64,000 nt of DNA from Octopus sinensis (lineage: Eukaryota). Numbering within the stretch: position 1 is the stretch's first letter; every line of letters begins with the position of its first letter. The notes beneath the pieces are model-generated. The model saw only the letters and a list, made by a program, of their open reading frames with translations, was not told the origin of the DNA and made no database searches. Shown piece after piece: positions 23,560 to 35,260 of this stretch. The stretch is from assembly GCF_006345805.1 (NCBI RefSeq), contig NC_043000.1, positions 97,960,001-98,024,000 on the forward strand, read 5' to 3'. The position numbers and the translations under genes are program-made.

Positions 23560-24080
23560 TCATCTGCACACAGGTCCCTGTTGAATCTCTTTCCTCAAAA
23601 TATATCCTCCAAACACCTTTTCCCTCAACCCGTGTACACTTACTACGTCCTCCCCTCCATCTCCCACTCCCCTTTTGCAATTTCACAGACTTACCCACCC
23701 ACTTGCCCTGTCCTGGTCTACTTCACTACATACACCTCCCTGTAACTTGAGTATATGCCCTGTCATATCTTCACCATCTTATCTCTCTCTTTGAGGTAGC
23801 CATGTATCTCCTTCACTGCAAGACACCTATTTCTGCCCCTCTGTTGATACTCTAACTTCTCATCACCTGGCATAAAGCCACCTCCCTCAATACTACTCCC
23901 ACTTTGGTTGAGGAGTCTGGTCTCAAGTTATTTGGTGACCTCGGTGTCACATAAAAAGCACCCAGTACATTCTGTAAAGTGGTTGGCTTTAGGAAGGGCA
24001 TCTGACTTGCCAGCTTCTGTCAAAACGTCCAACCCATGCCAGCATGGAAGGAGAACATTAAATGACGAGGATGATGGTGA
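23560..24080 (+). mobile_element. RTE-type long 3' UTR fragment, decayed
   Basis: Aligns with the reverse complement of 56650-57000 and ends CCCATGCCAGCATGG...ATGACGAGGATGATGGTGATG. Confidence 0.7.
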
Positions 24081-24433
24081 TGTTCTGTATCTCACACAGC
24101 CAAACATTACATACAATAATTTGTAGTCAGGTCTTTCAACTGAACCAAGCATGAGATATCAAGTACCCTAGACTGTTGGTTGCTTTCACAAATGTTTAAT
24201 AAGCTGACTCAATCTTAGAGCTATTTGGAAATGCTAGCAACAACAACAGCAATTAATATATGCATGTGCATGTAAACCTATCAAATTAATATTAGCACTT
24301 AAACATGTTAAAAGAAAAAAATTATGGTTTTTCAATTTTATCAAACGTTATGAAAATAACATTTACATGCTTAGGTCTTTTCTATATTAAACCATTTAAA
24401 AGAATATTTAATTCCTCTTGCAGATCTGAAACC

Positions 24434-24581
24434 ATGGATACAAGTGTCCAACGCCGTCTAGTGCATCAGAATAGTGAAGGGCAAGATGTTGAATCTGAGG
24501 ATTCAGACGAAGAACAGAAATACCTCCAAGATCCTGGAGAGTTTGCTTACAACAAAAGAGTGAGCGTACCTGCCATTCCTG
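24434..24581 (+). CDS. Probable coding exon of an unidentified host gene (exon 24424-24581)
   Basis: Acceptor TTTAATTCCTCTTGCAG| at 24423, donor G|GTATGT at 24582, open frame MDTSVQRRLVHQNSEGQDVESEDSDEEQKYLQDPGEFAYNKRVSVPAIP, non-repetitive, CpGs retained; ends in phase 1. ATG 24434 is in good context (ACCATGG), but the frame is also open back to the acceptor. Confidence 0.7.
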
Positions 24582-24879
24582 GTATGTTAATTGTCTTAGG
24601 ACTTGTTGGAGAATTGTAAGTATGCTCATAATTTATTATTAATGTTATATTTTTGGATTAAGTGCTTTCAGTGTTAGACTATTTCATCTTTCACAAGTCA
24701 TGGGATGGAACTAAGCAATTGGCTCTGTAATTATTTTGTAGAGACAAGGAATATAATTTCTATTTATGTATGGCTTATTCAGAGAAGGAAAGGGAAGAAG
24801 AAATTGTTGTTCCTGGGTCACGGCAGTAAGAAATAGCACATTTGGATATTTTTTTTACTTGCTGGGTTTGAAGGAAGGA

Positions 24880-25190
24880 GCAGTGCCCATGACCTTTTGA
24901 AGCCCTACAAGGTCAGTGAGATTGATGTCATTAGTGTTCCTCTTGGACCTCTAAGAGATGAGCGAGTGGGGAATTCTGTAGGGCCAACATTCTGGGACGG
25001 AAGCATGAGCATAGGCATAGAGATTTGTGTAGGGTCTGAAAGTTGAACACAGCAAGGTTAATGAGAGGAGAGTTGAGTAGGTCAAAAATGCTTGAGTGGA
25101 GGTGGTTATGAGCCTGGCCAGCTTCATGGAGCAAAGACCATTATAGCAGTAGTAGTAGAAAAGGCAGAAAGAGAAGTTTCTGCCTGTGGG
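24880..25190 (-). mobile_element. CR1/L2-group LINE 3' fragment, decayed
   Basis: RNFSFCLFYYYCYNGLCSMKLARLI resembles the LFYRYY.G.CS.EL C-terminal motif of CR1/L2-group ORF2; frameshifted downstream. Confidence 0.65.
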
Positions 25191-25744
25191 CCAGAAATTA
25201 AAGTTGTGAGTTAGGTGGATTTTTTTTTTTTTGGATACAATCTTGGATGTTGTGTGTGTATATGCAAGCACATACACACTATAAACTTAAAGCTATAAAC
25301 TTAAAGCTATAAACCTGTAGTGATGGATAGATGTAGACTGGCCACTCATCACAATAATATCAAATTTCAACACCCCCCCCCCCCCCGCCGAAACTAGGAA
25401 GTGATTTACGACCCTCACCCCCAAAACAAAACCCTAAAACCTACTATCAGACATTTATCTCTATATCACAGAACTTTTGTTTTACTATTACTTGTTTTTT
25501 TTTTCCCCCTACATCTAGTCAGTTCAGGTTAAATATATATACGTATGCATGTGTGTATGTATGTATGTGTGTATGCACATACGTACGCATGTGCGTATGT
25601 ATGTATACGTGCACGTATGCATGTGCCCATGTATGTGTGTGCGTACATGTACGTGCGTAAGTACGTGTGTATGCCCATACGTAGGTATGTATGTATGTTT
25701 GTACTCATGTGCTACGTATGTATGTGAGTGTCTAGGAGAATGGG

Positions 25745-25950
25745 CAGACGCCAACCACTCCGAGAGTGTAGTGGGTGCTTTTACGTGCCACCAGCATGAG
25801 GGCCAGTCTTGCGGTACTGGCAACGGCCACACTCAAATGGTGCTTTTTACATGCCACTTGCACAGGAGTCAATCCAGCGGCACTGGCAACAGCCTCACTT
25901 GAATGTTTTGTTCACATGCCACCGGCACAAGTGCCAGTAAGGCAACACAG
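25745..25950 (-). mobile_element. RTE-type 3' UTR fragment with ~55-bp internal repeats
   Basis: GCCAACCACTCCGAGAGTGTAGTGGGTGCTTTTACGTGCCACC matches 14434-14480; repeated GTGCTTTTTAC.TGCCAC units. Confidence 0.8.
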
Positions 25951-27286
25951 GTAATTATTTACATAAAATTATTTTATTCTCCTTCTCACCAAATGGTTAT
26001 ACTTGCAATCAGCTTAAGAGGATTTCCAATATTGTTACAAAGGCCACAATTTATGAGGAAGGCACTACTAATTAAATGGAACCAGTATCTAAGTTATTTT
26101 ATCAATTTTGTTGTACTTCTCTGCTCTGGTCATTAATAACCAAACTCTGCTTTCTTATACTTCAGGCTGGCTTTATTTTTCATAGCTACAATAACTATTG
26201 CAATGCAATTGTTTTAGTCCCAACACATGATCTCAGTTCAGTTCACTTACCAAATGAGCACAACTCAGATATTTAGCTATTTTGTTTTAAACTCTTTATT
26301 TCTCAACATGAACTATTTTTTAATAAACTTAATGACTTGATACAAGCTTCTACTTAAACAAAGCAATTCTTTAGATAATACATTTTGATATCCCACTCTT
26401 GTCAAAATATTTCTTTCTTTTCAATAACACAATTCAAGAAGCAGATGGTCATATTGTGATTTGTAGTTTTGATGTCTATGAGACGCATTATTTTGGAAAC
26501 AAATGAAATAATATCCCTCCCCCCACCGTCTACTTCACAATATGAACTATCCTGAAATACAGCTGCATCACTTTCATTATTCTAATCATCATCGACATAA
26601 TATGACTGCTTAGGAATGTTTCTTTTCAATTTCATTCCTGTTTCAGTAGGTTTGTTCATTTGTCATCATTTGAACTCTATGACATTGTGAACACTTCAAG
26701 AATGCATAGTACTGTTTCCTTTTGTGTTTGGTGGTAATTTGTAGTGTTTTAGTAATCCCAGTGTTTCTAGTGGTAAACTTAACTTAGTGGTGTTCACTCT
26801 GTTGCAAGAATTCAGACCAATATGAGATGTTTTAGCACAACTGTTATGGCTCCATCCATTTAGCATCACTGATTCAATATTGATTCATTTCACAGCTTAT
26901 GTTTTAATCTCTCTCTTTCTGTTTACATATATGAGCATATTTCTCTTCATGTGTATGTATGAGGAAAGGGAAATTGTTTATGCCAATCCTGTTCAATTAA
27001 TAAATTGTAATCTTTCTACCTTTCTTTCTCTCTTACTCTATTTGTACGTCTATATTTCTCCAAGTGTGTGTGTGTTTGCTTGCTTTCAGTGCCAAAAAGT
27101 ACTGTTATGAAAAAAGTTTCAATGTCCAGTCAGCCATGCCAAATTGCCAGCATCCAAGCAGCTATGCCCAGTCATCTCATTCTGCTGACCTGCTTGGTTC
27201 TTTTGACATAAACTATATCAGTCTCATTTAACGCCTTCTCCTCTTATTAACTGTTGTGTTTCACTCATTTAGAAAATATATTGAAT

Positions 27287-28360
27287 GTTCATAACCGCAA
27301 GTTACACAGCTCACTTCCTAGCATCATCCTTCCCATGTGTAGCAGTATCACTCTTTTTCTGGCTGCCGGCTCGTTCATCTTTCATCACATGATTTCCACA
27401 TGGTTGCACAAGACTTCCCTTGAGAGTTCTATATATATATACATATCAGGATATCAAAATCAGCAACCCAATGCTACTCACATTATTCCTTTTCAAACAT
27501 TTTAGCTTTTTACATCCTGCTGCAATTCTTGCACTTCATCTCAGTTGAGGACTTGATGAAATTTTCCTGTTCAATCTTCAACAGCAGTTGCTAATAATAA
27601 ACTGCTCCACTTCTATAACTCTGGTGGTGGTGTCATGCCTTGCCTGGGGACTTGATATGGTCGCACTGTCACTGTTAGGCATCCTTGCTTACTCAGCATG
27701 AACCATTGTGCCAGATGGTGTGCTCAATTTTGGTTCTGATTTCCATGTGCTTAGCAGGGCCAGTTGCTCAACTGCTTCTAACTGCAGTGGGCGACCCTCC
27801 TTCTTAATACATGCTGTATTCTTTCTGGCATGAATCACATCTTTTGCTTTGGATGCAACCTTGTCGAATATGGTTTTGTGTATTACATCCTCACCTATTT
27901 TAAAGAATGGGTTTACAGCAACCCTAAGTGGTCTTTTCATTAACATTTCAGCTGGTAACAATTTACAACTACCCAAGGAACTCCAATGGTTGAACAGAAT
28001 TTTGTTCAAGTAGTTGCCAAAATTCCTTGTCTTCAAATCAAAATGCTTCTGTACAGCTTCCACAGTTTGTACAACCCTTTCAACAGTGTCGTTAGGTGCT
28101 GGACTGTGAGCAGGTGTCTCAATTTTTCTGCAACCCATTGATGACAACATATTCTTTGATGCAACAAATTCAGGCCCAATGTCCAATACTAAAGCTGTGG
28201 GCACACCTTAATGAGTGAAGACCTCACTTCCAAGGGCCACTCTATACAGTTCTTAGCACCATCCTCCCCGTGTGTAGTGTTATCGCCCCTTTTAGGCTGC
28301 CAGCTCGTTCATCTCTCATCCCATGATTTCCACATGGTTGCACAGGACTTCTCTTGAGAG

Positions 28361-28436
<76 letters not shown>

Positions 28437-28471
28437 GATACTAAAATCAGCAACCCAATACAACTATTACA
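27287..28471 (-). mobile_element. Small LTR-bounded retroelement remnant (~200-bp direct repeats flanking an integrase fragment)
   Basis: Direct repeats ~27300-27482 and ~28250-28471 (roughly 85% identical by eye over ~115 nt), both starting TGT on the minus strand; purine tract GAAAAGGAATAA precedes the 3' repeat; TGGCCC follows the 5' repeat. Confidence 0.7.
27689..28204 (-). pseudogene. Gypsy/Ty3-like integrase core fragment (171-codon open frame)
   Basis: PTALVLDIGPEFV...IETPAHSPAPNDTVERVVQTV matches the retroviral integrase P..(I/L)VSDNGP.F...TPPYHP.SNG..ER..QT.K pattern (second D and E retained); first D, HHCC, gag, PR and RT not seen. Confidence 0.8.
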
Positions 28472-29984
28472 CTAACATAAGGAAAAAAACTGTTAATCAA
28501 ATATGCTCTAAATGTAAGCCAAGTTCAGTCTTGATTGAATGCTAATTAAATGTGCTGTAAATGTAAGCTTAATTCTGTATTGATTGGATAGTTTTCAAGT
28601 TGTGGCTATCTTTATTTTCCTAAGGTATAATGTATCTTGGTCTCCATTATTATGTAGTGTGATTTGAAGGTGATTTGCCTGTTATTTCTAACAGGTCAAG
28701 TGACAGCACAGTCTACATTGTTGGTTAACCAAATGCATTGTTGAGACTATAAGTCTATTGTTTAGAATGGACAACAAAAAATATTGTTGAAACTTTTTTC
28801 TTTTTTTCTAGAATACCTTCAGATGTTTTCTACTCTTAGAAATATAAGTTTGAGTTATTAATCCCTATGAATTACAAAATTAGTAATTTAATTAAATTTT
28901 CAATTTATACATCTTTTAGGGACAAAAATGCAATTTGAAAGTATAAAAGGTTGAGACTTCTAGAAGAATTGCAAATACTTTCTATATTTCAATAGAGAAA
29001 GTATATTAAGTGCAACCAGGAAACGTCATTCACTCCCATTAAGTTCTACACAGTTCTTACCATATATTTCATTTTTTAAGAGTTGGTTTGTTTAATTTAT
29101 TTATTTACATTTAAAAGATTGGAGGGGGGTTGTAATAATGTTTTTGGAGGAAGTTAGAACACAGATTAATGTTGCTTTTGTTTGTTTTTCTTTTTCCATT
29201 TTTTCATGTTCATATCACTTTCTAAAGACTTTAGATGAGAGTTTTCATAAAATGTTCTAACAGAAATCTAATAGTTTGGATAATCATAATATTCTTTGAA
29301 AACTAAGTATTGGTTTCCAAATACTTAAAGTTTAAATAGCAGTGTTATTTTACATCCACTTCATTTACATTTTTTTTTATTATTCTCCCACTTTATGTTT
29401 TCAAATATTTATTATCTATCCACTCAAACACGAATAAAATCTAGTAATGTAACTTCTGTATTCAATAAGATTCGTTAAATTTATCTCAAATGATATATGT
29501 CTAAATTACCAAATTAAAAAAAAAATGTTTGGTAATTTTTAAAAGTTATTTTCATATTCATATTTCAAATCACCAGTGAAAGATGTTATGCAAATAAATT
29601 TAAAATTCCAATACTTAGAAATTAATATTTGTAGTTAAATTCCTTGAAATCTTCTTGGAAAGTAACTTTTATCTTGTCATAAAAATGCAGTTAGTTGATT
29701 CTGACCTTGATATCAATAACTTCAGTTAACTTATGTAAATTAGTTTTTAATATGATTTGGATAATAAGTAGATTATTTTGTAATAAGTAAATTATTTTAC
29801 AATTGCTTATGTATTCTTTTTTTTACTGTAAAGTATAACTTTTTTAGTTTATCTTCAGTCAAATAACTGCACTCTGCTTTTTTTTTTTTAGTAATAGAAT
29901 TAATTATTAGTAATTTTTAGAACATCAGATAAATTGTCTCTTAATATTTATTTTGGTTCATATATTCTTTATTCAAATCTTGCC

Positions 29985-30297
29985 TAAGTCAATTTTCCCT
30001 TTTATCCTTTCAGAGTTGATAAAATAATGTAATAGTCAAGTACTGTTATCCACTCTCCCAAATTTAAGGTGTTGTATCTATATTACAAACATCAGTGAGC
30101 TGGCAGAACTGTTAGCATGCTGGGTAAAATGCTTAATGACATTTTACCCATCTGCATGTTCTGAGTTCAAATTCCACTGAGGTCAACTTTACCTTTCATG
30201 CTTTTGGATTTGATAAGTACCAGTTGAACACTGGGGTCAATGTAATCAACTCATCCCCTCCCTCGAAATGGCTGCTCTTGTGGCAAAATTTGAAACC

Positions 30298-30381
<84 letters not shown>

Positions 30382-30607
30382 ATTATTATTATTCAGGCAG
30401 CAAACTGGCAGAGTCATTAGCACACTGGGCAAAATGCTTGGCAGTATTTTGTCTACCATAACATTCTGAGTTCAAATTCTGCCAAGGTCAACTTTACCTT
30501 TCATCGTTTTGAGATCGATAAAATAAGTACTAGTGAAACACTGGGGTCGATGTCATCAATTAGTCCCCTCCTACCAAATTTGAGGCCTTGTGCCTCCAGT
30601 GAAAAGG

Positions 30608-30657
<50 letters not shown>

Positions 30658-31447
30658 GATGGCAAGCTGACAGAAAATATATTATTTCTAATTTAAGGTG
30701 GCGAGCTGGCAGAATCATTAGTGTGCTGGGCAAAATGCTTAGTGGTATTTTGTCCATCCTTACATTCTGAGTTCAAATTCTGCTGAGGTTGACTTTGCCG
30801 TTCATCCTTTCAGGATCAATAAAATGAGTACCAGTTGAACACTGGGGTCAATGTAATCAACTACCCCCTCCCCCAAAATTTCAGGCCTTGTGCCTATAGT
30901 AGAAAGGATTATTATTATTTCTAATTTAGACACATGATCCAAAAGTTTGGAGAGGAAGGAGTTAGTCGATTACATCAGCCTCAATACTTGAATGCTACTT
31001 TATTTTATCACTCTCAAAAGGATGAAAAGTGAAGTTGATTTTAGTGGGATTTGAACTCAGAACATTAACAGTCAGAAGAAATATCACAAACTATGTCTGG
31101 CACTCTAATGATTCTACCAATCTACTACACTGATAATGATATAACTTAAGCATGAGGTCTGTAGTTCTGAAAGGTGAGTCTTAGATGATTTATTCAGCCC
31201 CAGTACCAGACACTGGTACTTTATTTTATTGACCCCAATAATAATAATCCTTTCTACTAAAGGTATAAGGCTTGAAATTTGTAGGGAGGGGACTAGTTGA
31301 TTACATCAACCCCCAGTGTCTCACTGGTACTCAGTTTATCGATCATGAAAGGCAAAGTCAACCTCGGCAGAATTTAAACTCAGAACATAGTGATGGGCAA
31401 AATATTGCTAAGCATATCGGCTAGCATGCTAATGATTTTGCAAACCC
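29985..31447. mobile_element. Cluster of about seven SINE family 3 copies (four +, three -) with (ATT)n tails
   Basis: Head GAGCTGGCAGAATC.TTAG...TTCTGAGTTCAAATTC, core AAGTACCAGTTGAACACTGGGGTC.ATGT.ATCAA. Plus copies at ~29985 (decayed), 30093, 30395, 30696; minus copies at ~30925-31125, 31140-31230 and 31230-31447. Confidence 0.85.
30298..30392. repeat. Long (ATT)n microsatellite (representative; dozens of (TA)n, (TG)n, (CT)n, (GATA)n, (CAT)n tracts occur throughout)
   Basis: Directly visible; other long tracts at ~8070-8150, 10090-10135, 15253-15297, 28345-28433, 39043-39083, 47154-47200, 48690-48760. Confidence 0.97.
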
Positions 31448-31537
31448 ACAATAGTAATAAGAAGAAGATTAGAAGAAATCATGATATGGTATTTGTAGCA
31501 AACTTCAAAAACTGGGTAGCACAGACATTTGTCGTAC

Positions 31538-31576
31538 TATCCAGAACTAAATTTCAGTGAAATTTAGTTCTGGATA
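31538..31576. repeat. Perfect palindrome, 19-bp arms, 1-nt spacer
   Basis: TATCCAGAACTAAATTTCA-G-TGAAATTTAGTTCTGGATA. Confidence 0.95.
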
Positions 31577-32249
31577 TTCTACTCTTTATTTATTACTAGC
31601 ACTACCATTTTAAAGAGGATTAAATCTTTGGATCAACCTCCCTGATAGTTATGTCTGTCGATTTCTCTGTATGTTTCTCTTATCTGCAATTAAGTTTTGT
31701 GAACTAAAAGGAGATTTTCTGTTAGAATATAAAGATAACATCATTACTAGTGAGTAGTGCCAGCCATTATCAACAAACCACTTTTCATTGTTACCACGTT
31801 AAAGAACCAACCAACCAGACCACATTTATTACACATACCTTCTCGTGCATCATTTCCTTTCATTTTTCTCTCTATCTGTTTGTCTCTCTCTCTCATGCAC
31901 ACACACAATGTAAACTCTATAAAAATGAAAATACACTGTTTATGATATGTTAGGTGTTAAGATTATTGATGTAATATAAATCATATTAAATTCACATGCA
32001 GTTACATGCACAAATGTATGCATCATAATTGTTTTAACGCCCTTTTTTTTTGTATATTGATATCAGTTAGACATAATATCAATTTCACATAGAAAAATGC
32101 TCACACACAAACACACAGAGTACAACATTTTTATATGTATCTCAGTTTTTACCCTAAGGCTTAATAGTACTCAATCTTATCTAACTACTTACTAACTCTT
32201 TCTTAGTTTGTCTTGACTACAAGCATCTGTTCCTGCCTCCACCACCATC

Positions 32250-35200
32250 ACTATATCATCATATCTCATTAATCAAATCTATTTGATTCTTGGTATCTTA
32301 CTCCACTCATTTCTGCTCAGATTTTCTGTTTGGTCATACTGTTCATCAAGTATCAAAAGTATATTGGCAAAATATGTAAATATCAACAAAGGAATTGAAA
32401 AAAAAAAAAAACTGGTGCTTTGGAGTAGAATTCTTTGTATTTTGATCCACTTGAGTTGCACAGACAAACTCCTGTTATTCTTGGCATGTTATAAGAAATG
32501 AGTTGCTCAATGGAAATGTGAAACAAACAACATTATTGTTAACCAAATGTGATATAAAATTAAGTATCTTCTACATGCTTTCTATCTCTTCCATTATTGG
32601 ATATATTGTATAAAACTAGCTATCAGTACTCTTTCTTCCAGTGAGCTATATGAATGGGGGTCTTTATTTATTTCAAAGCTACTCACACTTCTTAGCTCTC
32701 CAAATTTTTTGATGTGGGCAATGCTAGTGAAACCTGTCTTTTCACATCTGATCTATTTGCAACTATACTACCAAGAAACCAAAACTCTCTTACATGTTCT
32801 ACTTTTGAAACATCTCACTGGATAATTTCATTGTTATGTGAGTGAATCTTGCATTTCACACTATTTATTTTCACTTACTTTGTCTAACTGTATGCTGGAC
32901 ACTTTCAAGTTGTCAAAGACCATGAATATTAGGGTTATGTCATCAGTATGTCCACTGTTTATGGACAGGGAGTCAGTAAGTGCTAGATTTTTATCTGGGT
33001 CTAAAGTTCCCTCATGATTAAGATGTTGAAAAGTGTGGCAGAAGCATGCAGTTATGTCTCACACAAATGCATGCTTCAAATGAATCCGTGAACTTACCAT
33101 TCTTGATCAGTCATACTCAGTACCTATATTATTTGCACTGTCTTGGGGTTCTACACTTATTGTTGTTGTCATTTTCTATAAGGTCTTCCTCAAGATCATG
33201 TTGAAGGTAGCTTTAAAGATAATGAAATTGAAATGTAAGGGCACTTGATGTTCTCTTACTCTTTCAATGATCTGTTTGATTTTGGAAATGGCATTGAAAG
33301 TGCCTCCTCCACTTAGTCTGAAACCTAACTGATTCTTTCCTATTGCTTCTTCTGTTTTACTTTTTATTCAGTCAAGGAGGATTCTACGGAACACTTTTTC
33401 TAGTATTGATAAGAGAAGGATCACCTTGTAGTTCTCTGGATTTTACATGTCACCCTTTTTATATGTTGGAGTTACTGGTATATGGCTCCAATCTTTTGCT
33501 GTCTTTTCTGCTTTCCAAACTACATTCAATATTACATATAGCATGTTAATCATGTGCTCACCTCCTGCGTTTAGTACTTCATCACTGATGACATCTATTC
33601 TAGGGACTTCATGGTTTTTCATTCTTTTTATTGCCTTTTTCTATTTCATATTTTGTTATTTCTGTGCAAGTATCTACGTTAGATGAACCATCCAGGATTT
33701 CTGATACAGCTTCTTGATTGTGTAGGAATTGAGTGTTAAAATGTTGTATGAAATTATCTTTCCATTATTGGAAAACTGCAGCTGTGTATGTACTTATGTT
33801 ACATTCTTTATTTTTGATTGTGCTGTATGTTTTCTGCTCTTTCCCTCCATTTCATACATGGACTTGAAAACATTGTGACTGTTATTGTTCTTGAAATTGC
33901 CTTCTAGTAGTTTTGTTTTGTCATGTAGGTTCTTGTTCTTTTGTATTTTGACTTCTGTTTTGACTGCTTTGTTCATATGAGTTGTTCAATGTTCCTGTTC
34001 TGATTTTTCACCTTTGTTCACAGTCTGCCACTGTTTCTTATGAGAGCCTTGTCATTTTCTTTTTCTTTCTTTTTTGTTCCTAAGCTTCCACGTGGACAGT
34101 CTCTACTGTTATTTCATGTTGTTCCTTTGAAATATGCATACACCTTGCCTATTGTCATCTGTTTTTGAGCAAGTTAGGAAGTGCAATGGGTTAGGAGGTG
34201 CAGTGCAAGATGTAATGGGTTAGGAGGTTCATTACACTGCCTAACTGTATTTTAGGTTTTTAAGTAGGTTATTATTGGCAATTTCATTTACATTTGTGAA
34301 GGCTTAGTGGTTAGGGTATTCAGCTTACAATTGTAAAGTTGTGAATTCAATACTCAGTGGCATATTGTGTCCTTGAGGACACTGTATTTTGTAAGGTGGT
34401 GAGCTGGCAGAATTGTTAGCTCGTCAGGCAAAATGATTAGCAGCATTTCATCTGTCATTACATTCTGAATTCAAATTTCGCTGAGGTTGACTGCCTTTCA
34501 TCCTTTAGGGGTCAATAAAATGAGTTCCATTCAGTTACTGGAGTCAAATTAAGCGACTTATCCACCTCCCTTGAACTTATTGGCTTTGTACTAAAATTTG
34601 AAACCAGTTTTATTTACATCATATTGTTTTAGAAACTTTTGTATTTTCTTTTACGTTTTTGGTATGAGTACAAAGTTTTCCATGAGTAGAAAATGTCTCA
34701 GCCTATCTCAACCAAGAAGTTTGCTCGTTATGTGCTTTAGAAATGGCTTCCATTTTTTCTGAGGAATCATATAATCTGTCTAACTGAGAATCTGATTTGC
34801 AAATGAAATCCCTATTGTCTATCGCTTCATTAATTGGTGAAACAAGATATTTGTTATCCTGAGACCATTTAATACCCAGAGCTTCAGTAGTTCTTAATCC
34901 CATCTTCTTTGCTTTTACCAAGATCATACTGCTATGTATAATTTGGTCATTTCCTACATAGGTCTTCTATTTTAGCATTTCATTGCAACTAGTATATTTT
35001 TGCTTGTAAATCGTGACAGAATTCAGTTGACACTTTATCATTGTAACTTGAGTCTGAAGCATAGATTTACAAAGTGGTTGCCATTCCATCTGTGATATCA
35101 TGACACTCTTTAGTTTCCATGAATAACAGTTGTAGGATCGGATGCATTTTGCAAATTTATTTTCTACTTTCATAGCCAGTCCAATATACATTTCCCACTT

Positions 35201-35260
35201 GACATGCTTGTGGCACACTTATGTCCTACTTTTTTTTTCTGAGATATCAAGAACAGTATC
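32250..35260 (-). mobile_element. Old RTE-clade LINE with endonuclease and reverse-transcriptase remnants
   Basis: RT motifs YKKGDM*NPENYKVILLLSILEKVFRRILL (33380-33465) and NQLGFRLSGGGT (33300-33335); EN-like YASDSSY...EFCHDLQAKI near 35000-35065; many stops and frameshifts. Confidence 0.85.
34395..34610 (+). mobile_element. SINE family 3 copy nested within the old RTE LINE
   Basis: GGTGGTGAGCTGGCAGAATTGTTAGC...TTCTGAATTCAAATTTC...TTTGAAACCAG, same family as the 30 kb cluster. Confidence 0.85.

Noticed and set aside
24434-24581. Resemblance of FAYNKRVSVP to the NRAMP/SLC11 N-terminal YF.EKI.IP segment
   Set aside because: Too short, and I found no following FSFRKLWAFTGPG exon in the window; no gene symbol assigned.
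24305-24619. 104-aa ORF as a single-exon gene
   Set aside because: Only 24424-24581 lies between splice signals; the flanking codons are AT-rich intron-like sequence.
30298-30920. Regularly spaced repeats suggestive of a CRISPR-like array
   Set aside because: Units are ~200-bp diverged SINE copies separated by (ATT)n in eukaryotic DNA; no short identical repeats, unique spacers or cas genes.
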